24,000 nucleotides of DNA from Kribbella orskensis (GCF_004342085.1 NZ_SLWM01000034.1:1-24000), one strand, 5' to 3'; counted from the stretch's first letter, positions 1 through 7,419 are shown. Numbers and translations: made by a program. Notes: generated by a model not told the origin, from the letters alone.

Positions 1-210
1 GCTCCGGGCGAGCTCCCAAGGGCAGCCAGCGGGACACCGGCCAACCAACCAAAAAACAACAAAACTGAAGTCTCTACGGTTTCAGGGGATTGCCGTGCCC
101 TCTGGGTGGCGGTTAGGTGGTGGGCCTTGTGAGATCAGCACCGCTTGTCCGTGCACAACAAGTTCATCGTTTACGGTTGGCAGGAGCCAGAGCAGAACTG
201 ATGCATAAGT

Positions 211-248
211 GGCGCGTTGTTGACGCGCCGACGATGAGGCAGTAGGCC
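211..248 (+). promoter_or_regulatory. Candidate operator/promoter upstream of the XRE gene: inverted repeat GGCGCGT-N5-ACGCGCC overlapping a -35-like TTGACG
   Basis: Perfect 7-bp arms at 211-217 and 223-229. TTGACG lies at 220-225, followed by a 17-nt spacer and a weak -10-like TAGGCC at 243-248, about 25 nt before the ATG at 272. The -10 does not match TAnnnT, so only the inverted repeat is solid. Confidence 0.25.
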
Positions 249-271
249 GCCCGGACGGGGATGATCGAGTC

Positions 272-1444
272 ATGGGAAGCAGGCGGGTGCGACTCGCGCA
301 GCGGCGTAAAGCAGCCGGTCATAGCCAGGAAAACCTGGCTGCCCTGCTCGGTGTCGATCGCTCAACAGTCGTGCGGTGGGAAGTTGCTGACACCGCGCCG
401 CAACCGTGGCTGCGCCCCAAACTTGCTGAGGCGCTAGGTATTTCGGTCCACGAGCTTGATGGATTACTCGACGACATCAGTGAGCCAACCGAGCGACGCG
501 ATGCTATCTCGGACGCACGGCCCAGCATGCCAATCAGGCTGAGCGATGGACCACACTTGGACGCTGTGGTCGAGCACCTCCGCGAGCAGTGGCATCTCCT
601 CGTGAAGACAGACAACTTGCTCGGCCCTCGGCATGCGCTTAGCGGAGTGCTCGGCCAGCTCGACACCATCAACGAGCTGCTCGCCACAGCTGGCACCGCC
701 GGTCGACCGCAGGTGGTGCGCCTCGCCGCGCAGTACGCCGAATCCGCCTCGTGGCTCTATGAGGACAGCGGCGGGACAGCCGAGGCGCGTCACTGGAGCG
801 GCCGCGCTTTGGAATGGGCCATCGAGGCAAACGATCCGCTGATGACCTCCTGGGTCTTGTTCCGTCGCAGTCAGCAGGCCGTGCCGAGTGGCAACGCTGC
901 CCAGGTGCTAGGACTGGCTGGCGCGGCCCGTCGCGCAGCCACCGATCTACTCCCGCCTATGCGTGCCGCCCTCGACCAACAAGAGGCACAAGGGTTCGCC
1001 TTGGACGGCGACGAATCTGCTGCTCATCGGAAGCTGGATGCCGCTCACACCTGGGCTGCCACTGACGCGGCCGGCGATGCGCGGACCGGGCATGGTTCCT
1101 TCTGTACGGCGAGCTACATCGAAGTACAGCGTGCTGGATGTTGGTTGACGCTCGGCAAGCCTGAACGAGCAATCTCCCTGTACGAAGCGACGTTGCCGGG
1201 ACTGCCGGACGTCTACCGTCGTGACCGTGGAGTTGCGCTTGGGCGGCTGGCGAGCGCGTATGCCGTTTCCGGAGAACCTGAGCCGGCGGCCGTGAAGGCA
1301 ACCGAGGCTTTGAGCATCGGCCAGGAGGTCGGCTCGGAGCGAACACTTGGGCTGGTACGAGCAGTTAGCAAGACGTTGTCTGGGTATCGACAGTTGCCTG
1401 CCGTGTCACAGTTCATGCGCGAGCTAGCCGCGGAGCCTCGCTAA
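272..1444 (+). CDS. XRE-family transcriptional regulator: N-terminal HTH plus long C-terminal helical (TPR-like) domain
   Basis: The N-terminus RVRLAQRRKAAGHSQENLAALLGVDRSTVVRWEVADTAPQPWLRPKLAEALGISVHELDGLL is a classic Cro/C1-type HTH. The remaining ~300 aa are Ala/Leu-rich helical repeats. Contains an in-frame TTA Leu codon at 464-466. The stop lies 2 nt before the next start. Confidence 0.85.
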   Translation: MGSRRVRLAQRRKAAGHSQENLAALLGVDRSTVVRWEVADTAPQPWLRPKLAEALGISVHELDGLLDDISEPTERRDAISDARPSMPIRLSDGPHLDAVVEHLREQWHLLVKTDNLLGPRHALSGVLGQLDTINELLATAGTAGRPQVVRLAAQYAESASWLYEDSGGTAEARHWSGRALEWAIEANDPLMTSWVLFRRSQQAVPSGNAAQVLGLAGAARRAATDLLPPMRAALDQQEAQGFALDGDESAAHRKLDAAHTWAATDAAGDARTGHGSFCTASYIEVQRAGCWLTLGKPERAISLYEATLPGLPDVYRRDRGVALGRLASAYAVSGEPEPAAVKATEALSIGQEVGSERTLGLVRAVSKTLSGYRQLPAVSQFMRELAAEPR

Positions 1445-1446
1445 TC

Positions 1447-2376
1447 ATGGCGACCCCTCACGAAGAGGCGGCGATGCGTCGAGCTGTTGCCCTGTCTGCC
1501 TTGGGGCTCGGCTCGGCAAGTCCCAATCCGCCGGTCGGCTGCCTCGTACTTGATGTCGACGGCAACGTTGTTGGGGAGGGCTACCACCGCCGCAAGGGCG
1601 AAGCCCACGCAGAAGTCAACGCGCTTGCTGCGGCGGGGGAGCGGGCCCGCGGTGGCACCGCGGTCGTCACGTTGGAGCCATGCAATCACCAGGGAAGGAC
1701 TCCACCCTGCCGGCAGGCGCTCATCGACGCAGGTATCGCCCGGGTGGTCATCGCCCTGATTGACCCGACATCGCGTGAAGAGGGTGGAGCAGCGCGCCTC
1801 AAAGCGGCAGGGGTAGATGTCGAGCTTGACGTCCTAAGCGACGAGGCTCGCCTGGTCATTGGGCCATGGCTCGAAGCATTTGCATCAGGACTCCCGCACG
1901 TGCACTGGGCCTACGTGGTGGAAAGCGACGCACGCCCTGTCCTCGATCCTGTTGCAGATGGGGTGATCTCACGGACCGAGTTCGACGCGATCCAGACCTC
2001 CGACGGTCGGATTGAGGAGGGTGTTCCAGGCGCGCATTCACCGGACGAGTTCTCACTACCACCGATGGTTGGAGCCGAGCCCGCCGCGATATTGGCGGAT
2101 CTGTTCAGTCGAGGCGTGCGATCGCTGCTGATATCTGGACGGACGAAGCTCGCGGCCGCAATGGCAGATTCGGGCCTGGTGAACCGCATCACCTTGTGTG
2201 TCCCTCGACAGCCGTCGTCGAGTCGTCCTGCGGCGATGGCCGGGCAGGCTCTCGGCGTACCAGCTGGGTACGAAGTCCATGCTGTTGCGGCGGCTGGCCC
2301 TTACGTCAGGCTGGATCTCGTCAGGATTGACAGGGACGCATTTAGCGCCACTCCTGCGGATCAGACTGCTGGATAG
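1447..2376 (+). CDS. RibD-type (riboflavin-pathway-like) pyrimidine deaminase paralogue with degenerate C-terminal reductase-like half
   Basis: The zinc-deaminase signature is intact: GEAHAEVNAL and TLEPCNHQGRTPPC, the RibD-style HAE / PCxHxGRTPPC. The C-terminal part keeps only a faint RibD_C trace (RSLLISGRTKLAAAMADSGLVNRITLCVP where EGG...GLVDE is expected). The protein is about 50-60 aa shorter than bifunctional RibD. Confidence 0.8.
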   Translation: MATPHEEAAMRRAVALSALGLGSASPNPPVGCLVLDVDGNVVGEGYHRRKGEAHAEVNALAAAGERARGGTAVVTLEPCNHQGRTPPCRQALIDAGIARVVIALIDPTSREEGGAARLKAAGVDVELDVLSDEARLVIGPWLEAFASGLPHVHWAYVVESDARPVLDPVADGVISRTEFDAIQTSDGRIEEGVPGAHSPDEFSLPPMVGAEPAAILADLFSRGVRSLLISGRTKLAAAMADSGLVNRITLCVPRQPSSSRPAAMAGQALGVPAGYEVHAVAAAGPYVRLDLVRIDRDAFSATPADQTAG

Positions 2377-2399
2377 AATGCAGCCATCGTCGAGGACGG

Positions 2400-3275
2400 G
2401 TGGGAGGCGGGTATGGCGACCAAGCGACACCGTCTCGCACAGCGGCGCAAGGCTCTCGGCTATTCCCGTTGGTGCAGGGTCAGCTGGATGTCCTCGTCGC
2501 CGCCCTGCAGGAGGCACGCGGTTCAGCAATTCATCACCGCGTGTGTGAACTCGCCAGCGATCTCTTCCAACTCGCTGGAGAGATTCTCTTCGACGGGAAC
2601 CAGTACACGTCAGCCCATTGCTATGCCCTTGCCGCGCAGGCCGCGAAGGAAGCCGGGGCCCTCGACCTCTGGGCATGTGCCCTCACCCGTCACGCCTTCA
2701 TCAGTGTCTACGACCAGAAGTTCGATCGCGCTGCGCCGATGCTTGAGCTCGCCGCGGGCCTCGCCCAAGGTGGCGACTATGCGCTCTCAACGCGGCACTG
2801 GGTCAGCGCAGTCCAAGCTGAGGTTTTCGCGGGCCTTGGCGAGCTGACCGCCTGCCAACGGGCGCTCGACCAAGCTGATGAGGTTCACGCCCTGACTGGG
2901 ACTTCTCAGAATGGTGGCTGGCTCAGATTCGATGGTTCAAGGCTGCCTGAGGAGCGCGGTACCTGCTACGTAGCACTCAGGCGCCCCGAACTGGCTGAAG
3001 CGGCGCTCGACGATGCTCTGGGTCAGAATCTGTCTTCCCGCCGCCGGGGCGGCGTACTCGTCGACCTCGCCGCGCTTGGTCTGCAGCGCCGAGACCTCGA
3101 CCAACTCCTTGTCCACAGCAACGCCGCGCTGAACACCGCACGGCAGACAGACTCGGGAGTAATCGCGAGAAGACTCGACGGCCTGCGGCCCTATCTGGTA
3201 CCGCACCTCAAAGATCCTCGCGTCCGTCAGCTCAACTCAGAGATCAGCGCTGTGAGCCGGAAAGTCCGGTCATGA
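2400..3275 (+). pseudogene. XRE-family regulator paralogue with the HTH domain deleted (only the helical C-terminal domain remains in frame)
   Basis: ATG 2413, preceded by GGGAGG at 2402-2407, opens MATKRHRLAQRRKALGYS, which parallels RVRLAQRRKAAGHS of the 272 gene. It then runs out of frame. The paralogous C-terminal domain (LDVLVAALQEARG... to the end) lies in the frame of GTG 2400, which has no good RBS. The junction is near 2467-2475. Confidence 0.6.
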
Positions 3276-3658
3276 CCAGAAGGAGCATCACGTTGTCGAA
3301 CGAACAGGGCCGGGTCTTCCGGGAAGCATGGATCGCTGGCGTCCAGAAGTACTACCCCGGCGAACCGAAGCCCAGCTACGTCACCTCGTGGGACGAGACC
3401 CAGGACTGGGAACGTGCCAGCGCAGCCGCCGTCTACGACCAGGTCCGTGCCTTCATCGATGCCACGGACGGCCACACCAGCAAGCTCACCCGAACCCAGA
3501 AGGGCCGCTTCGTCGCCCTCTGCTGGATCGGCCAAATCTACAAACACATCCCCGACCCCAAACCGACCTACGTCGCAGACTGGGACGACCTCCCCGGCTG
3601 GCAACAACAAACCGACGCCGACATCTTCGACCACATCGAGCGGGTTGGCCAAGGGTAG
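3272..3658 (+). CDS. Hypothetical small protein built from two tandem copies of a ~55-aa unit
   Basis: ATGA stop/start overlap with the upstream ORF at 3272-3275. An alternative TTG start at 3293 is preceded by AGAAGGAG. Internal duplication: GRVFREAWIAGVQKYYPGEPKPSYVTSWDETQDWERASAAAVYDQV versus GRFVALCWIGQIYKHIPDPKPTYVADWDDLPGWQQQTDADIFDHI. No family recognised. Confidence 0.6.
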   Translation: MTRRSITLSNEQGRVFREAWIAGVQKYYPGEPKPSYVTSWDETQDWERASAAAVYDQVRAFIDATDGHTSKLTRTQKGRFVALCWIGQIYKHIPDPKPTYVADWDDLPGWQQQTDADIFDHIERVGQG

Positions 3659-4401
3659 CAGCCGAGCCGATTGGAACACATCTAGGCGTTGCACGGGCAA
3701 TGCGAGTGGATCTGCGAGAGAAGCGTTTGAGCAGACACGACGAGTGGACGGCGCACGGCCACTTCCGGACCTACGAAGTGGCCGGTCGCCTCGCCAGTAT
3801 CGCCAGGTATCCAATCGCTCGTGCTCGAGAGCTCGATGATCTCGACCATGCGGCCGGTAGATTCACGACGGATTCGAAGTCCACTGGCGGACAGTCCGAC
3901 GAGATCCTCGCCAGCATCTCCTGATCGACGACGGTCTCGCCTTGGAAGTAGACCGGGTGTCGTCGTCCCCGCCCTCGCTGGTCGCGCGTTGGGTGATGTC
4001 GGTCAACCACCTACCACCGCCGGCGTCGGCAACCGCCTCGGCAAAACTCACACCCATCGAGTTTGAGACACTTCAACCGGTCGCACTCGCGGCCTGAACC
4101 ACCACACCCCGCGAGTAACCAGACGCGGGGCAGTCCCATCATCTGCTGACGTGGCGTCGGTAGTCGGGTGAGCAAGTGAGAGCGCAAGGTAGTCAGTCCA
4201 TCGCGCGGCACGCCTCACCTGAGCCTGCCCACGGGACGGCTAAGCTCTGCCTAATCAGATTGAGTCCGGTGAGGAAGCTGCATGCACGTCCTGAGCCCGC
4301 GGAGCGTCGAACGCGTTGACGGGCTCGACGCCAGTGGGCCGCAAGGCCTGATGCTGGCACAGCTACTGGGGCCTGCCTTCCTATTTGCTGGTGATGTCGT
4401 T

Positions 4402-4430
4402 TTGACTCGGCCGTCGCGACTGCCTAGACT
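4402..4430 (+). promoter_or_regulatory. Sigma-70/HrdB-type promoter of the methyltransferase gene
   Basis: TTGACT (4402-4407), exact 17-nt spacer, TAGACT (4425-4430, fits TAnnnT). Followed by the Shine-Dalgarno AAGGAGG (4451-4457) 7 nt before ATG 4465. Confidence 0.6.
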
Positions 4431-4446
4431 TCGAACAAGTGTTCGA
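4431..4446. promoter_or_regulatory. Palindromic operator candidate TCGAACA-AG-TGTTCGA at the predicted transcription start of the methyltransferase gene
   Basis: Perfect 7-bp arms separated by 2 nt, immediately after the -10 hexamer. This position is typical of autoregulatory operators in R-M systems. Confidence 0.4.
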
Positions 4447-4464
4447 TTCCAAGGAGGGCCTCTT

Positions 4465-5706
4465 ATGGATCCGCTGAGAGTTGTTGAGATTTGCGCGGGT
4501 GCCGGCGGGCAGGCCCTAGGGCTCGAGCGAGCGGGCTTCGACCATGCGCTGGCAGTCGAGCTCGACCCCACGGCAGCGGAGACTCTCAAGCTGAATCGCC
4601 CGGAGTGGGAAGTGCGGGTGGGGGATGTCGCCGACCCTGATGTTTGGGATCCCGCTAAGTTCGTAGGCGTCGACCTGTTGGCAGGTGGCGTCCCTTGCCC
4701 GCCGTTCTCCATTGCAGGGAAGCAGCTTGGCGCCAACGACGAGCGAGATCTGTTTGCCTGGGCTGTGGAGTTGTGTGGGGTCATGCGTCCGCGGGCGTTG
4801 CTTCTGGAGAATGTTCGCGGCTTGTCTGCGCCGAGATTCTCGGCCTACAGGCAGCATGTTCTAGATCGCCTTGACGAACTCGGCTATGTAGCTGACTGGC
4901 GACTCCTCCAAGCGTCAGATTTTGGAGTGCCGCAGCTGCGACCAAGGTTTGTCCTCGTGGCTTTGAGCAAAGATGATGCGCCGTACTTCAGCTGGCCAGA
5001 AGCAAAGCCGGTCGGAAAGACCGTGGGAGAGGAACTCGCTGATCTCATGGCCTCTGGCGGGTGGCGGCACGCCTCTCACTGGGTTACAAGAGCCAACGGT
5101 ATCGGCCCTACTCTGGTTGGCGGGTCTAAAAAGCACGGCGGTGCCGACTTGGGGCCCACGCGGGCCAAGCGTGCATGGGCTGAACTGGGAGTCGATGCCA
5201 TGGGTGTCGCTGACGCGCCGCCCCCGCGTATGGCGCCAAAGAACTTCAATCCAAAGCTGACCATCGAGATGGTTGCACGCCTGCAGGGTTGGCACGAGTC
5301 GAGCTGGACGTTCGCCGGCCGGAAGACCTCTAAGTACCGGCAGATTGGCAATGCCTTTCCCCCTCCTGTGGCAGAGGCCGTCGGGCGGCAAATTGCCGGA
5401 GCGCTCAGGCATCACGGCGAGCCTCGAGTTCTTGACGATGCTGTGGTGCATGATCCGGTCTACCGTCTCCTGAGGAGGAGTGACGATGCGCTGACGGCCG
5501 CAGAGATCTTCAGCCGTATTGGCGGGGAACTAACGCTGGACGAGATCCAGCTGCGCATCAAGCACCTCACGCGTGACTTCGACATGTACCCCGAGTCAAC
5601 GGATGGCGAGAACGCCTTCAAGCTCGGCAACTTCCGAGCCTTTGTCGGTCAGGATGATCATGTTCGGCATGAGTACCTTGCTCAGATGCGTTCGAAGGTC
5701 AGCTAA
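4465..5706 (+). CDS. DNA (cytosine-5)-methyltransferase with ~100-aa C-terminal extension
   Basis: Canonical C5-MTase motifs:
- motif I: EICAGAGGQALG
- motif IV: GGVPCPPFSIAGK
- motif VI: ENVRGL
- motif VIII: QLRPRFVLVA
- motif X: RQIGNAFPPPVAEAVG

The start is set at ATG 4465 (MDPLRVVEICAGAGG) because of the SD and promoter. The ORF-track start at 4282 adds 61 non-homologous residues. Confidence 0.95.
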   Translation: MDPLRVVEICAGAGGQALGLERAGFDHALAVELDPTAAETLKLNRPEWEVRVGDVADPDVWDPAKFVGVDLLAGGVPCPPFSIAGKQLGANDERDLFAWAVELCGVMRPRALLLENVRGLSAPRFSAYRQHVLDRLDELGYVADWRLLQASDFGVPQLRPRFVLVALSKDDAPYFSWPEAKPVGKTVGEELADLMASGGWRHASHWVTRANGIGPTLVGGSKKHGGADLGPTRAKRAWAELGVDAMGVADAPPPRMAPKNFNPKLTIEMVARLQGWHESSWTFAGRKTSKYRQIGNAFPPPVAEAVGRQIAGALRHHGEPRVLDDAVVHDPVYRLLRRSDDALTAAEIFSRIGGELTLDEIQLRIKHLTRDFDMYPESTDGENAFKLGNFRAFVGQDDHVRHEYLAQMRSKVS

Positions 5707-6218
5707 GTCAGGGCCAGTGCCTCTTTGATGACGGCAACTGCATACTCGGTCGACTCGTGTTCCCATAGGCGGATGACGGTCCAGCCATCGGCGCGGAGGG
5801 CGACGTCTGCGAGCCTGTCCCGTTCGACGTTGCGTTGAAGTTTGGGTGACCAGTAGCCGGTATTCACTGAAGGCTGACGGCCATGCTCCGGACAGCAATG
5901 CCAGAAGCACCCGTCGACGAAGATTGCTAGCTTCCGGGCGGTAAATACGATGTCGGGACGCACGCGCCGGGACGATGTGTGAATCGAGAAGTCTTTGCGG
6001 AAGCGGTATCCATCGCGGTGGAGTGCTGATCGCAATCGGATTTCAGGCTTTGTGTCGGTCCTCCGAATTGCTTGCATGTTGCGGGATCGACCGGGAGTGG
6101 TCGGTGTATCGCTCGTCGGGCTTGTTCTCAGCCGAACCTGTCTGGTGCGCCTAGGTTCTTCCGCACCTACCCGGCGAAGGAGAGCCTCAGCATCGCGATG
6201 GTTTGCCCTAACTGTCAC
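5703..6218 (-). CDS. vsr: Very short patch repair (Vsr) endonuclease
   Basis: SRNMQAIRRTDTKPEIRLRSALHRDGYRFR, RPDIVFTARKLAIFVDGCFWHCCPEHG, TGYWSPKLQRNVERDR and GWTVIRLWEHE all match the Vsr family, which includes E. coli Vsr. The GTG start at 6218 overlaps the TGA of the upstream endonuclease gene (GTGA). The N-terminal ~40 aa are non-conserved, so the true start could be further in. Confidence 0.9.
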   Translation of the reverse strand: MTVRANHRDAEALLRRVGAEEPRRTRQVRLRTSPTSDTPTTPGRSRNMQAIRRTDTKPEIRLRSALHRDGYRFRKDFSIHTSSRRVRPDIVFTARKLAIFVDGCFWHCCPEHGRQPSVNTGYWSPKLQRNVERDRLADVALRADGWTVIRLWEHESTEYAVAVIKEALALT

Positions 6219-7189
6219 TGGGGCTCCGAGGCGAGATCTGTGTCGATCGGCTTGGACTTCCTGACATCGGGCAGCTTCGGTGCTGGCTCGTTTGACTCCT
6301 CGTCCGGGGCTGCCAGTCGCCAGTAGCGGCCGGCAAGCTGAGTCGTCCAGGTGTCAGTCTGGTCTGCAGGCACGACCCGGCAGCTCACAACCTCCCCAGG
6401 TTCGGGTACAACTACGCCTAGCTGCCTCGCAACATCACGATGAGCTTCGTAGTCGCCCCCAGGGATCAGATATCCCTCGCGACGGAGCGTGGTCCGTGCC
6501 CCATTGCCGTTGTCTCTCACGCGCGCCATGTAGTCGTCTTGCTTCGCGAGGGTTGCGATTGTGTTACGTCCGATCCTCTTCTGAGTTACTCGTCTGAGGA
6601 GCTCAGCGACACGAGCCTGTCCCGATCTTGGGGTAACCACATGCTGAAGAGTTATGGAATCGAGCCCGAGCAGGACGTTGGGGGGCAGGCTCGCCTCAAA
6701 ATGGATCCAATCGATCTGCCCCCGACCACGCGGATTGAGGCTCGTCTTCCCATCGCGATTCTTACTCGTGCGGCGGCTTGTTTCGGTCGCGCGGACGACG
6801 CCTAGACTCCAGACGCCACGCTCATCGTCGGCCGTCGCGACCAGGAGGAGCTGCTCGAAGCATTCGGGTGGCACCATCCACCCACCCATCTGCTGCGAGT
6901 ACTTGCAATCGACGTCATAGCCATTGATGGAGTAGTCGAGCAGCTTGCCGTCATCGATTATGTCGTCGAACTCGCGCCGAAGGTTGATCTCGAGCAGCGT
7001 CCCGTAGTGAGTCTTCTCGGTCTTGTACAACTGCTCCCATCGAAAGCGGCCAGTATGCTGCCCGTCGTACAGTTGATCGAATGTGGCGCGGAAGATCCCC
7101 CCGGCGCGTCGCCCGTCAGGGTCTACGCGCCTGAAAACTTCGACAACGGTGTCTCGAGGGAGATCCTGCTCAGGGTCACCTAGGAACAT
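6215..7189 (-). CDS. NaeI-family type II restriction endonuclease
   Basis: - TFDQLYDGQH matches the NaeI ligase-like decapeptide TLDQLYDGQR (recalled from the literature).
- EKTHYGTLLEINLRREF ... YDVDCKYSQQMGGWMVPPE carries the NaeI E...D...DCK catalytic arrangement.
- GQARVAELLRRV, ATLAKQDDYMARVR and VVSCRVVPAD resemble the NaeI C-terminal DNA-binding half.
- The start is placed at ATG 7189 because it puts the decapeptide at a NaeI-like distance from the N-terminus.
- In-frame alternatives are 7291 (GAAGGG RBS) and 7399 (longest ORF). Confidence 0.8.
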   Translation of the reverse strand: MFLGDPEQDLPRDTVVEVFRRVDPDGRRAGGIFRATFDQLYDGQHTGRFRWEQLYKTEKTHYGTLLEINLRREFDDIIDDGKLLDYSINGYDVDCKYSQQMGGWMVPPECFEQLLLVATADDERGVWSLGVVRATETSRRTSKNRDGKTSLNPRGRGQIDWIHFEASLPPNVLLGLDSITLQHVVTPRSGQARVAELLRRVTQKRIGRNTIATLAKQDDYMARVRDNGNGARTTLRREGYLIPGGDYEAHRDVARQLGVVVPEPGEVVSCRVVPADQTDTWTTQLAGRYWRLAAPDEESNEPAPKLPDVRKSKPIDTDLASEPQ

Positions 7190-7419
7190 GCCAGGTAGAA
7201 GATCGTCCGTCACGAGAACGATAATAGGAGCGCATGGTCGATCAGCAGGAGTCCGGGGTTGGACTTCGGGCCGCTTGCAGCCCGCTGGCATCGGATAGCC
7301 CTTCAAGCCGGTGAAGTTCGTGCCAGTCCTCGATTGCTGGCTGCACTCTGCAAGACACATCAGCAGGAGTCTGCGCTGTCCACTTCTAGCGCTCGGCACA
7401 GATCTCCAGAAGCTTGATC

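Noticed and set aside
3227-3814. 195-aa minus-strand ORF overlapping the small tandem-repeat gene
   Set aside because: It has an Arg/Gly/Val-rich, non-protein-like N-terminus and no motif. The plus-strand ORF has an ATGA coupling, an internal SD and a clear internal duplication. Confidence in this choice is moderate, not absolute.
4440-4451. GTTCGATTCC resembling a tRNA T-loop, which raised the idea of a tRNA-derived att site
   Set aside because: The flanking bases cannot form a T-stem or acceptor stem. The motif is simply the right arm of the TCGAACA-AG-TGTTCGA palindrome.
4282-4464. 61-codon N-terminal extension of the methyltransferase ORF given in the ORF track
   Set aside because: The -35/-10 promoter (4402-4430), the palindrome and a perfect AAGGAGG lie inside this extension. 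Motif I begins only nine residues after the M62 encoded by ATG 4465.
7221-7226. TATTAT on the minus strand as a -10 element for the NaeI-like gene (if it starts at ATG 7189)
   Set aside because: No -35 partner was found, and the hexamer lies inside the alternative longer reading frame. It is mentioned only as context for the start-codon ambiguity.
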